Notes: a model not told the origin generated them from the sequence alone. 33,909 nucleotides of DNA from Candidatus Sericytochromatia bacterium (GCA_036676495.1 JAKFCT010000102.1:1-33909); one strand, 5' to 3'. Shown: positions 1-9,173, counted from the first letter of the stretch. Made by a program: numbers and translations.

Positions 1-30
1 CCGGGGGGCCGTCTAGTCCGGAGGGAGGTG
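1..30 (+). promoter_or_regulatory. 3' part of a probable S6:S18 ribosomal protein leader including the rpsF Shine-Dalgarno
   Basis: GGGGGCCG-TCTAGTCC-GGAGGGAGGTG lies directly before rpsF. A CCG after a G-rich stem strand followed by the SD resembles the S6:S18 leader as I recall it. The 5' half lies outside the window. Confidence 0.45.
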
Positions 31-36
31 AAAAGA

Positions 37-336
37 ATGCTTCGGGCCTATGAAACTATGTACATCCTGCGCCCCACGATCGAAGAAGAGGCCGTGGATG
101 CAGTGGTTACCAAGTTCGCGGACCACGTCACCACTAACGGTGGCAAGGTCGAGAAGACCGAGAAGCGCGGCCGCAAGCGCCTCGCTTACGAAGTCAAGGA
201 TTTCCGTGACGGCTACTACGTGCTCATGAACTTCGAGGCGGCTCCTGAGTCGCTGACCGAACTTGAGCGGGCTTTCAAGCTGAACGAGGATGTGATCCGT
301 CATATCGTCGTGCGTCAGCCTGGCGCCAACGCCTAA
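37..336 (+). CDS. rpsF: 30S ribosomal protein S6
   Basis: MLRAYETMYILRP...GRKRLAYEVK...GYY...LNEDVIRHIVV. ATG at 37 chosen because GGAGGTG lies at 24-30. Confidence 0.97.
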   Translation: MLRAYETMYILRPTIEEEAVDAVVTKFADHVTTNGGKVEKTEKRGRKRLAYEVKDFRDGYYVLMNFEAAPESLTELERAFKLNEDVIRHIVVRQPGANA

Positions 337-452
337 CGAGCACTTGACGCAATTCTTCGCTTCGAGCCGCAGGCGCTCCCTGGCGCCGCCCCGCGGCGCG
401 AGTGGCTCTGATACGAAGGATTGCGGAAAGTCGCGAGAAAAAGAGGACGCGT

Positions 453-860
453 ATGGGAATCAACCACATCACCCTCGTCGGGGAGGTCGTTCGCAAGCCT
501 GAGCTGCGCTTCACCCCCAACGGGATCCCCACCGCCAGTTTTCAGGTCGCCGTCAAGCGTCCGCCGCGCCAGGAGGGTCAAACCTACGACGTGACGGATA
601 CCTTCAAGGTCGTCACCTGGCGCAAGCTGGCCGAAACGATCGGCGAGACCCTGGAGAAGGGCGACCTGATCTCGGTGGAAGGCCGTCTTCATACCCGCTC
701 GATCGAGACCCCTGAAGGTCAGCGTAAAAAGCTGATCGAGGTCGACGCCTTGAGCGTGGAGCCCATCCGGACGGGAGCGCCCCGCGCGACCGAAACGGCG
801 GAGCCGGAGTATGAGGAAGCCGAGCCCGCGTTCGGCGATGCGGACGAGATTCCCTTCTAG
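453..860 (+). CDS. ssb: single-stranded DNA-binding protein
   Basis: [24 protein letters not shown]-fold start, VEGRLHTR, acidic tail DADEIPF, rpsF-ssb-rpsR synteny. ATG 453 follows GAGGA. Confidence 0.95.
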   Translation: MGINHITLVGEVVRKPELRFTPNGIPTASFQVAVKRPPRQEGQTYDVTDTFKVVTWRKLAETIGETLEKGDLISVEGRLHTRSIETPEGQRKKLIEVDALSVEPIRTGAPRATETAEPEYEEAEPAFGDADEIPF

Positions 861-871
861 GAGGTAACCAC

Positions 872-1111
872 ATGGCCGCACCGGCTAAGCGTGGTGGCCG
901 CATGAAGCGTCGGAAGGTTTGCTCCTTCTGCGTGGATAAGGTCACCCTCATCGATTACAAGGACGTGATGCGTCTGCGCAAGTTCCTGACCGAACGGGGC
1001 AAGATTCTTCCCCGCCGCGTCACGGGCGCGTGCGCCAAGCACCAGCGGGCGCTCACGGATGCGATCAAGGTGTCGCGCGAGATCGCGCTGCTGCCTTTCT
1101 CGATCGACTAA
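872..1111 (+). CDS. rpsR: 30S ribosomal protein S18 (Cys-containing, Zn-binding type)
   Basis: RRKVCSFC...[31 protein letters not shown]...ALLPF. SD GGAGG. Confidence 0.98.
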   Translation: MAAPAKRGGRMKRRKVCSFCVDKVTLIDYKDVMRLRKFLTERGKILPRRVTGACAKHQRALTDAIKVSREIALLPFSID

Positions 1112-1131
1112 AGGGATTTTCCCTGACCCGT

Positions 1132-1166
1132 ACGGTCCGTCGGCTCTTGCCGCCGGACCGTTTTTT
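1132..1166 (+). terminator. intrinsic terminator after rpsR
   Basis: ACGGTCCG-T-CGGC-TCTT-GCCG-C-CGGACCGT stem followed by a T run. Confidence 0.8.
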
Positions 1167-1184
1167 CCATCGACGAGGCCAACG

Positions 1185-2255
1185 ATGAACACGACCCAGC
1201 TCGATTCCACCCTGAACGACGCCAAGCGCCTGCTCGCAGAGGTCCAGACCCTCGCGGAACTGGAAGACTGGTACCTGCGCTACTTCTCGCGCGAACGCGG
1301 AGAACTCAACCAGCTCACCCGCGAGATCCCCAAGCTGCCCCCCGAGGAGCGCAAGCCCTTCGGACAGGAAGTCAACCGGATCAAGGGCGTGCTCCAGGAG
1401 CACTTCGACGCGCGGAAGCGCGAGCTGGAGTCCGCCGAACTCACCCAGAAGCTCGGACGCGAGCGCATCGACGTCACCCTCCCGGGGCGTGCGATCGCCC
1501 TCGGACACCCGCACCCCCTGACCCGCGTCCTCGATGAGATCATCGGCGTCTTCTCCAAGCTCGGCTACCACGTCGCCGAGGGCCCCGAGGTCGAGGACGA
1601 CTGGCACAACTTCACTGCCCTCAACACCCCCGAGGACCATCCCGCCCGCGAGATGCAGGACACCTTCTACGTGGAAGGTGCCGCCGGCGCCATGGCAGGC
1701 GACGGCAAGGCCGCCGGAACTCCGGGCGCCCGCCTGCTGCGCACCCATACCTCCCCGGTCCAAATTCGGGTCATGGAGTCGCAGAAGCCCCCCATCCGCA
1801 TCATCGCCCCCGGCCGCGTCTACCGGCGCGACACCGTGACCAACCGCCACTACCCGATCTTCCACCAGATCGAGGGCCTGGTCATCGACCAGGAGACCAC
1901 CTTCGCCGACCTCAAGGGCACCTTGACCCTGGCGATGCAGGAGGTCTTCGGCAAGGACCGCAAGGTGCGCTTCCGCCCCTCCTTCTTCCCCTTCACCGAG
2001 CCTTCCGCCGAGTACGACATCCAGTGCATCTGCCAAGGTGAGGGCTGCCGCCTCTGCTCGCATACGGGCTGGCTCGAAATCGGCGGCTGCGGCATGGTGG
2101 ATCCCAGCGTCCTGCAGGGAGTCGGCCTCGACCCCGATGTCTACCAGGGCTTCGCCTTCGGCCTGGGCGCCGAGCGGATCGCCCTGCTCAAGTACGACAT
2201 CCCGGACATCCGGCTCATCTGGGAGAACGACCTGCGCTTCCTGCGGCAGTTCTAA
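1185..2255 (+). CDS. pheS: phenylalanine--tRNA ligase alpha subunit
   Basis: HPAREMQDTFY, LLRTHTSPVQ, FHQIEGL, RFRPSFFPFTEPSAE, GFAFGLGAER. Start moved to ATG 1185 (MNTTQ) because the longer ORF overlaps rpsR and the terminator. Confidence 0.97.
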   Translation: MNTTQLDSTLNDAKRLLAEVQTLAELEDWYLRYFSRERGELNQLTREIPKLPPEERKPFGQEVNRIKGVLQEHFDARKRELESAELTQKLGRERIDVTLPGRAIALGHPHPLTRVLDEIIGVFSKLGYHVAEGPEVEDDWHNFTALNTPEDHPAREMQDTFYVEGAAGAMAGDGKAAGTPGARLLRTHTSPVQIRVMESQKPPIRIIAPGRVYRRDTVTNRHYPIFHQIEGLVIDQETTFADLKGTLTLAMQEVFGKDRKVRFRPSFFPFTEPSAEYDIQCICQGEGCRLCSHTGWLEIGGCGMVDPSVLQGVGLDPDVYQGFAFGLGAERIALLKYDIPDIRLIWENDLRFLRQF

Positions 2256-2272
2256 GAGAGGTATCATTCGAC

Positions 2273-4666
2273 ATGCGCATCCCCCTCAACTGGTTGAACG
2301 ACTACCTGACTCCCCCGCTGGCCGACACCGGGGCGATCGCCGTCGCCCTCACCAACGCCGGCCTCGAGGTCGAAGGCGTCTCGCGGGTCGCGCCGGGCCT
2401 GGAAACCGTGGTCACCGGCAAGATCCTCTCCACCGACCGCCACCCCAACGCCGATCGCCTCCGCATCTGCCAAACCGACGTCGGCCAGGCCGAGCCCCTC
2501 CAGATCGTCACCGGCGCCTCCAACGTCGAGGCCGGCGACGTCATCCCGGTCGCCCTCGTCGGCTCCAACCTGCCCGGCGGCCTGGAAATCAAGGCTTCGA
2601 AGCTTCGTGGCGTCGACTCCTTCGGCATGTACTGCTCCAAGAAGGAGCTGGGCCTGCCCCCGGACATCGACGGCGTCCACGTCTTCCCCTCCGACACGCC
2701 GATCGGCATCCCCGCCGCCGATGTCCTGGGCATCGGGGACGTCGTCCTGGAAGTGGCCGTCACGGCCAACCGCCCAGACGCCCTCTCGATCGTGGGAGTC
2801 GCCCGCGAGCTGGCCGCCGCCGGCCTCGCCAAGCTGAAGCACCCCGAAACCGCCACGCTGCCTCAGGCTCCGGAGAGCGCGGCCAAGGTGACCCTCGCCG
2901 ATCCCGAGCTCTGCCCCCGCTACGCGGGCCAGATCCTCGAAGGCCTCACGATCGGCCCATCGCCCGACTGGCTCGCCAAGCGCCTCGAACTGGCCGGCAT
3001 CCGGAGCATCTCCAACGTCGTGGACGTCACCAACTACGTCCTGCTCGAGCTGGGCCAGCCCCTCCACGCCTTCGACCTCTCGAAGATCGACGCCGCCTCG
3101 GTGACGGCCCGCCGCGCCCAGCCTGGTGAGCGCATCCAGACGCTGGACGGCGAGGAGCGCACGCTCGATGCCGACATGCTCGTGATCGCCGATCGCCACG
3201 CCGCGCACGCCGTGGCCGGCGTCATGGGCGGCGCGGCTTCCCAGGTCACCGACGCCACCACGGCCATTTTGCTCGAGTCCGCCTACTTCCTCCCCAAGTC
3301 GGTCCGCCGCACGGGCAAGAAGCTCGGCCTCTCCAGCGAATCCTCCTACCGCTTCGAGCGCGGAGTCGATCCCGAAGGCACCCTCCGGGCGCTGGCCCGT
3401 GCGACCGCCTTGCTTGCCCAAGTGGCCGGGGCTGTGCCGGTGGGAGCGCCGGCAGAAGCCCTGAAGGAGCCGAACTGGCCGGGAGAGTTGACCGTAACCC
3501 TCCGTCCCGAGCGCATCACCCGGATCCTGGGCATCACCCTGCCCGTCTCCGAGATCCGGGACCTGCTCGAGGGGCTGGGCTTCAAGACCGCGGGCGAGGC
3601 CCCGATCACGGTGACCGTGCCGGGCTGGCGTCGGCATGACGTGACCCGCGAGGCGGACCTCATCGAGGAAGTCGCACGCCGCTATGGCTACGACCGGATT
3701 CCCGCCACCTTGCCTCGGCTCGACCGGGTCGGCGGCAGCTCGCCGCGCTACGAGCTGGAGCAGCGGATTCGCACGCTCCTGGTGGGAGCGGGCTTCGACG
3801 AGGTCATCTTGCCCTCGCTGGTGAATCTGGCGGAGCGCCAGGATGCCGAAGGGAAGCCCGTGGTCCTCGCCAACCCCCTGGCGGATATGACCGGCCTGCG
3901 GCAGTCGTTGCTGCCCGGCCTGCTGGAGGTGGCGCGCCATAACCATTACCAGGGCAACTCGGACCTGGCGATCTTCGAGATCGGCCGGACGTACGTCGAG
4001 CCCGAGGTCGGTCCGACGCAGGAGTCGCAGAAGCTCGCGCTCTTCGCGATGGGAGAGATGGGCCGCGGCGTCTGGCGCCGGGCCCCGGAAGCCCTGATCG
4101 CGGACTTCTTCTGGCTGAAGGGCGCCCTGGAGAACCTCTTCGAGCGCCTGGGCGTCTCGGGGGTTCGTTACGTGCAGGCGGAAGCCCCGGCCTCGCTGCA
4201 CCCGGGACGCGCCGCGACGCTCGAGCTGGACGGCGAGACGATCGGCTACCTGGGGGAGCTTCACCCGCAGCGCTACGTCGATACCGACCTTCCGGCCGGC
4301 GGCCGAGCGGCCGTGGGCTGGGTCGATCTCGACCGGATCCTGGCGCGCGGCGCGCATGAGCCGCGTTTCGTCCCCTTCGCCCGCTACCCGGCGATCGCCC
4401 GGGATCTGGCGCTGGTGGTCGCCGAGGACCTGGCCGCCGCTGAGCTGGTGGCGGAGGTCCAGAGCCTCGGAGGCGCGCTGCTCGAATCGGTGGAGGTCTT
4501 CGACCGCTACCAGGGCCCCCAGGTCCCGCAGGGCCGGGTGAGCCTCGGCCTGCGCCTGCGCTACCGCGAGGCGGGTCGAACCCTCTCGGACGCGGACGTG
4601 GAGCCGATTCACCAGCGGATCGTCGAGCGGATGGCCGAGCGCTACGGGGCCGCGCTGCGCGACTAG
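2273..4666 (+). CDS. pheT: phenylalanine--tRNA ligase beta subunit
   Basis: HPNADRL, KLRGVDSFGMYCS, TANRPDALS, VDVTNYVLLELGQPLHAFD, RFERGVD, DLIEEVARRYGY, C-terminal anticodon-binding domain (RDLALVV). Follows pheS. Confidence 0.97.
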   Translation: MRIPLNWLNDYLTPPLADTGAIAVALTNAGLEVEGVSRVAPGLETVVTGKILSTDRHPNADRLRICQTDVGQAEPLQIVTGASNVEAGDVIPVALVGSNLPGGLEIKASKLRGVDSFGMYCSKKELGLPPDIDGVHVFPSDTPIGIPAADVLGIGDVVLEVAVTANRPDALSIVGVARELAAAGLAKLKHPETATLPQAPESAAKVTLADPELCPRYAGQILEGLTIGPSPDWLAKRLELAGIRSISNVVDVTNYVLLELGQPLHAFDLSKIDAASVTARRAQPGERIQTLDGEERTLDADMLVIADRHAAHAVAGVMGGAASQVTDATTAILLESAYFLPKSVRRTGKKLGLSSESSYRFERGVDPEGTLRALARATALLAQVAGAVPVGAPAEALKEPNWPGELTVTLRPERITRILGITLPVSEIRDLLEGLGFKTAGEAPITVTVPGWRRHDVTREADLIEEVARRYGYDRIPATLPRLDRVGGSSPRYELEQRIRTLLVGAGFDEVILPSLVNLAERQDAEGKPVVLANPLADMTGLRQSLLPGLLEVARHNHYQGNSDLAIFEIGRTYVEPEVGPTQESQKLALFAMGEMGRGVWRRAPEALIADFFWLKGALENLFERLGVSGVRYVQAEAPASLHPGRAATLELDGETIGYLGELHPQRYVDTDLPAGGRAAVGWVDLDRILARGAHEPRFVPFARYPAIARDLALVVAEDLAAAELVAEVQSLGGALLESVEVFDRYQGPQVPQGRVSLGLRLRYREAGRTLSDADVEPIHQRIVERMAERYGAALRD

Positions 4667-4826
4667 CGTGCCGGCTCCGCCCCCCTTCCCCTTGATTCTT
4701 TCAGGGGGATTCGGGGTAAACTGGTTTGGATGCGCGCGGCGCGGGGGCTTTTCCCGGCGAGACTCGTCCGGGGAAGCGCTCGCGACGCGCGATAGGTCAG
4801 TATTCGAAAAGGAGCGCTCGTAGCGG

Positions 4827-6026
4827 ATGGGCACCCGAAAGCCAAAGAAACCGGAGAAGAAGGGGTTCCTGGCGGGCCTCTTGGCAGGCTTCGGCGGCGG
4901 CAACAAGAAGGCCGCCGGCAAGAAGAAGCCTGCAGGCAAAGGCGGAAAGGGCGCTCCTGCCAGGAAGGGTGCCGTTCCGGCCAAGAAGCCCAAGCCCGCG
5001 CCTCCTCCGCCGCCTGACGACTTCGATATCGATCTCGGAGACTCCCTCCAGCCTTCCGCTCCCATGGCGGGCGGCTTCGGAGACATGGACGACGAGCTCT
5101 TCGCGGGCCTCGAGTTCGGCAACAACCCTCCGGACATGAGCGGGATGCTCCCGCCCCAGCCTCCCGTCGCGCCGCCGGCTTATCAGGCCGAGCAGCGGGT
5201 TCCTCCTGCCGCTCCCGCGCCGCAGCCGAGCGCCCCGGCGCCCGCAGCGTCCAGCGCCGCGATGGACAACAGCAAGCTCTTCCCGGAAGGCGTGGACTCC
5301 TCGCTGGATGCCCTCTTCGACAGCTTCGAGCTGGGCGGCGCTCCGCCGACCCCGCCGCCGTCGATGCCGGCCGCTCCTGCTGCCGCGCCGCAACCCGCGC
5401 CCCCGGCCGCCGCGGCGCCGCCCCCGGCACAGCCCGCGCCTCCTCCGGCGCCGCCTGCAGCTCCTCCTCCGGGAGCGCCGACGCAGCCTTTCCAGGGACA
5501 AGCCCCCGCCGCTCCGGCGCGCCCTCAGCCTCCGGCGCCGGCCCAGCCGCCTGCGGGCGACGGCCTGGTCTCCATCGGCAAGCTGCTGGTGGATCAGAAC
5601 ACCCTCAAGCGGATCATCGACAACGCGGAGAAGCGGGGGGCTGGGCTCTACACGACCACCAAGGTCATCTCGGAGTCGCGCGGTCAGGACCTCGACGCCA
5701 TCCTGCATGCCATCGATCGCTGCCAGGGCGTGGCGGGCTCGATGATCGTGGGCCGCGACGGCCTGGTCATCTCCAGCACGCTGCCGTCGGAGTACGAGAA
5801 GGAGATGATCGGAGCCATCGCGAGCTCCATGCAGACCAACCTCGACGTCCAGTGCAAGAAGATGAAGCTCGGGCCCGCCCGGCAGATCATCGTGGATACC
5901 GAGGGCGGCGTGCTGCTTCTGATGGCCCTGGAAGTCGGAGTGCTCGTCGTGCTCTCGCAGAGCTTGATGCAGCTGGACCTCGCGGGAGTGCTGCAGGCGA
6001 TCGCCTCCGTATCTGAAAAAGCCTAA
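4827..6026 (+). CDS. Pro-rich disordered protein with C-terminal Roadblock/LC7 (MglB-like) domain
   Basis: The C-terminal ~110 aa (GVAGSMIVGRDGLVISS...IGAIASS...QIIVDTEGGVLLL...VLVVLS) fit the Roadblock pattern. The N-terminus is Lys-rich then Pro/Ala-rich. SD AAGGAG upstream. Confidence 0.8.
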   Translation: MGTRKPKKPEKKGFLAGLLAGFGGGNKKAAGKKKPAGKGGKGAPARKGAVPAKKPKPAPPPPPDDFDIDLGDSLQPSAPMAGGFGDMDDELFAGLEFGNNPPDMSGMLPPQPPVAPPAYQAEQRVPPAAPAPQPSAPAPAASSAAMDNSKLFPEGVDSSLDALFDSFELGGAPPTPPPSMPAAPAAAPQPAPPAAAAPPPAQPAPPPAPPAAPPPGAPTQPFQGQAPAAPARPQPPAPAQPPAGDGLVSIGKLLVDQNTLKRIIDNAEKRGAGLYTTTKVISESRGQDLDAILHAIDRCQGVAGSMIVGRDGLVISSTLPSEYEKEMIGAIASSMQTNLDVQCKKMKLGPARQIIVDTEGGVLLLMALEVGVLVVLSQSLMQLDLAGVLQAIASVSEKA

Positions 6027-6131
6027 GGCTTTCCGGGTACAATATAGCAGGCAAGCCAGTCATCGGAGGGCGACCTCCGCGCCCCTCCGGGCGTGGATCG
6101 AGGCGCCGCGACCAGCGGAAGGAGTACCGAA

Positions 6132-8042
6132 TTGGCCATCGTCAAGATGAAGTTGGGCGAGATCCTCCTCAACGCCAACCTCATCACCGAGGGTCAGCTG
6201 AAGTCGGCGGTCGACATCCAGAAACAGACCAAGGAAAGCCTCGGGATGATCCTGATCAAGCAGGGTTACATCACCGAGGCCTCCATCAAGGATGCACTCG
6301 AGCTTCAGTACGGCCTTCGTTACATCAACCTTCGCAAGACCAAGGTCCCGCCCGAGGTCCTCAAGCTGATCCCCGAGAACCTGATCCGCCAGCACCAGAT
6401 CATCCCGGTCAGCCTCGCCAACAACCGCCTCACCCTCGCGATGGTCGATCCGACCAACCTGATCGCCATCGACGACGTCCGCTTCACCGTCAAGGGCGTC
6501 ACCGTCCAGCCGGTCGTCATCACCGAGGACGAGTTCTTCTGGTTCCTCGAGAACAACTCCAAGCAGGAGCCCGAGGTCTCGGCCCACGACGGCGCCCCCA
6601 CCATGGACATCTCCTCGGTCCTCGGAGAGATTGCCACCGACGACGAACTCGAGGTCGTCGAGGAGAAGGAGGACAAGTCCTCCGTCCTCGAGCTCGAGCG
6701 CGTGGCCGAGGAATCCCCGATCGTCCGCCTGGTCAACTCCATCCTCACCCAGGCCATCGGCGGCACCAAGAAGGTCTCCGACATCCACGTCGAGCCCTGG
6801 GAGCACGAGATCGTCGTCCGCTACCGGATCGACGGCATCCTCCACAAGCAATCCACCATCCCCAAGAAGTTCCTGCCGGCCATCGTCAGCCGCTTCAAGA
6901 TCATGGCCAACTGCGACATCGCCGAGAAGCGCCTGCCCCAGGACGGCCGCATCCGGGTCCGCTTCCGCGGCCGCGACTGGGACTTCCGCTTCTCGAGCTT
7001 GCCCGGTAAGCACGGCGAGAAGCTCTGCATGCGCATCCTGGACAAGTCCGGCACCACCCTCGGCCTCGAGAAGCTCTTCATCTTCCCGGAGGATCTCGAG
7101 CAGGTCCGGGAGATGGCCAATCGCCCCTTCGGCATCATCTTCGTCACCGGCCCCACCGGCTCCGGCAAGTCGACCTCGCTCTACGCGATCCTCAACGAGC
7201 GCAACACCCCCGACGTCAACATCACCACCGCCGAGGACCCCATCGAGTACGACGCCCCGGGCATCAACCAGGTGCAGGCCAAGCCAGAGATCGGCTTCAC
7301 CTTCGCCCGCATCCTCAAGGCCTTCCTGCGCCAGGACCCCGACATCATGCTGATCGGCGAGACCCGCGACAAGGAAGTGGCCAAGATCGCCATCGAGTCG
7401 GCCCTCACCGGCCACCTGGTCTTCACCTCGCTGCACACCAACGACGCTCCGGGCGCCATCATGCGCCTCTCGGAGATGGGGGTCGAGGGCTTCCTGGTCT
7501 CGGCCGCGACCATCGGCATCATCGCGCAGCGCCTCGTACGTCGGCTCTGCCCGAAGTGCAAGACCGCCTACACTCCCGAGATCGCCGAGCTCGACTACGT
7601 GGGCTACCGCTACGACACCGAGAACATGCCGACCTTCTACAAGGCGGTGGGCTGCTCGGACTGCTCGAAGGGCTACTCGGGCCGCATGGGCGTCTACGAG
7701 ATCATGAAGATCAACGACGAGCTGCGCGACCTGATCGCCCGTGGCGTCTCCACCTCGCTCATCCGCTATGCGGCCAAGCAGAGCGGCATGACCACCCTCA
7801 AGGACTACTCCCTCAAGCTGGTTCGCGACGGCCACACGTCCCTCGAAGAGGTCATCCGCGTGACCTTCTCGGGAGAGGGCGAGGAGAAGCTCTGCCCGTG
7901 CTGCCGCAACCCCATCGGCGACGAGTTCATGAAGTGCCCCTTCTGCCAGACCGACCTCAAGAAGGTCTGCCCCAAGTGTCACCAGCGCGTGGAGGATGGC
8001 TGGAAGGGCTGTCCCTCCTGCGGAACCCTGCTCACCGTCTAG
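6132..8042 (+). CDS. pilB: type IV pilus assembly ATPase PilB with N-terminal MshEN-like region and C-terminal double zinc ribbon
   Basis: SDIHVEP, EKRLPQDGR, Walker A GPTGSGKS, AEDPIEY, LRQDPDIMLIGETRD, TGHLVFTSLHTND, CPKC/CSDC. TTG start at 6132 lies 7 nt after AAGGAG (ATG 6147 is an alternative). Confidence 0.93.
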   Translation: MAIVKMKLGEILLNANLITEGQLKSAVDIQKQTKESLGMILIKQGYITEASIKDALELQYGLRYINLRKTKVPPEVLKLIPENLIRQHQIIPVSLANNRLTLAMVDPTNLIAIDDVRFTVKGVTVQPVVITEDEFFWFLENNSKQEPEVSAHDGAPTMDISSVLGEIATDDELEVVEEKEDKSSVLELERVAEESPIVRLVNSILTQAIGGTKKVSDIHVEPWEHEIVVRYRIDGILHKQSTIPKKFLPAIVSRFKIMANCDIAEKRLPQDGRIRVRFRGRDWDFRFSSLPGKHGEKLCMRILDKSGTTLGLEKLFIFPEDLEQVREMANRPFGIIFVTGPTGSGKSTSLYAILNERNTPDVNITTAEDPIEYDAPGINQVQAKPEIGFTFARILKAFLRQDPDIMLIGETRDKEVAKIAIESALTGHLVFTSLHTNDAPGAIMRLSEMGVEGFLVSAATIGIIAQRLVRRLCPKCKTAYTPEIAELDYVGYRYDTENMPTFYKAVGCSDCSKGYSGRMGVYEIMKINDELRDLIARGVSTSLIRYAAKQSGMTTLKDYSLKLVRDGHTSLEEVIRVTFSGEGEEKLCPCCRNPIGDEFMKCPFCQTDLKKVCPKCHQRVEDGWKGCPSCGTLLTV

Positions 8043-8069
8043 TTCCCGAGCTGAAAGGAAGATACGCCT

Positions 8070-9173
8070 ATGTACATGGAGGAGCTCCTGCAACTGGTCT
8101 TCGACCGTGACGGCTCGGACCTTCACATCTCCCCCGGCGTGCCGCCGATCGTCCGCATCAACGGCAAGCTGGTACGCACCGACTACGAACCGCTCACCAA
8201 CGAAGACACGCAGCGCCTGATTTTCTCGATCCTCTCGAACGATCAGCGCAAGACCCTCGAGCAGACCATGGAGCTCGACTGCTCCTACGGCGTGGTCGGC
8301 CTCGGCCGCTTCCGCGTCAACGCCTTCCGCTCGAAGGGCGGCTACGCGGCCGTTCTGCGTACCATCACCACCAAGATCCCCCGCTTCGAGGATCTGGGCC
8401 TGCCTCCGCTGGTCCGCGAGCTCTGCCACAAGCCTCGCGGCCTCATCCTGGTCACCGGTCCCACCGGCTCCGGCAAGTCGACCACGCTGGCGGCGATGAT
8501 CGACAACATCAACGCCACCCGTGCCGAGCACATCCTCACCATCGAGGACCCCATCGAGTACGTCCACCCGCCCAAGATGAGCCTGGTCAACCAGCGCGAG
8601 CTGGGAGCGGACACCAAGTCGTTCGACAACGCCCTGAAGGCCGCCCTGCGTGAAGACCCCGACGTCATCCTGGTGGGTGAGCTTCGTGACCTCGAAACCA
8701 TCCGCCTGGCGATGTCGGCCGCCGAGACCGGTCACTTGGTCTTCGGCACCCTTCACACCTCGAGCGCCATGCAGACGGTCGACCGTATCGTCGACGTCTT
8801 CCCGCCTCACCAGCAGCAGCAAATCCGCGTCCAGATCTCCAACTCGCTGGTGGCGGTCCTCTCGCAGACCCTGCTGCCCAAGATCTCCAGCGACGCCAAG
8901 GGCAAGGGCCGCGTGATGGCGCTCGAAGTCTTGATCAACACCCCGGCGATCGCCAACCTGATCCGGGAAGGCAAGACCGCCCAGATCTACTCGGCCATTC
9001 AGACCGGCCAGAAGTTCGGCATGCAGACCCTCGAAACCTGCCTGAAGGACCTCTACTTCAACAAGCTGGTCTCCTACGAGGATGCCATCTCCAAGACCTC
9101 GCGCCCCGAGGACCTGATCCGGATGATCGGTGCGGCTCCCAGCGGCTCGATGGCCCAGGCGATGGCCCGCTAA
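8070..9173 (+). CDS. pilT: type IV pilus retraction ATPase PilT
   Basis: GSDLHI, GRFRVNAF, GPTGSGKSTT, LREDPDVILVGELRD, AETGHLVFGTLHT, AIANLIRE (AIRNLIRE-type motif), GMQT. Confidence 0.95.
   Translation: MYMEELLQLVFDRDGSDLHISPGVPPIVRINGKLVRTDYEPLTNEDTQRLIFSILSNDQRKTLEQTMELDCSYGVVGLGRFRVNAFRSKGGYAAVLRTITTKIPRFEDLGLPPLVRELCHKPRGLILVTGPTGSGKSTTLAAMIDNINATRAEHILTIEDPIEYVHPPKMSLVNQRELGADTKSFDNALKAALREDPDVILVGELRDLETIRLAMSAAETGHLVFGTLHTSSAMQTVDRIVDVFPPHQQQQIRVQISNSLVAVLSQTLLPKISSDAKGKGRVMALEVLINTPAIANLIREGKTAQIYSAIQTGQKFGMQTLETCLKDLYFNKLVSYEDAISKTSRPEDLIRMIGAAPSGSMAQAMAR

Noticed and set aside
5150-5560. CCG/GCC-rich repetitive DNA
   Set aside because: Explained by Pro/Ala codons in a low-complexity linker; no fixed-period repeat or CRISPR-like spacing
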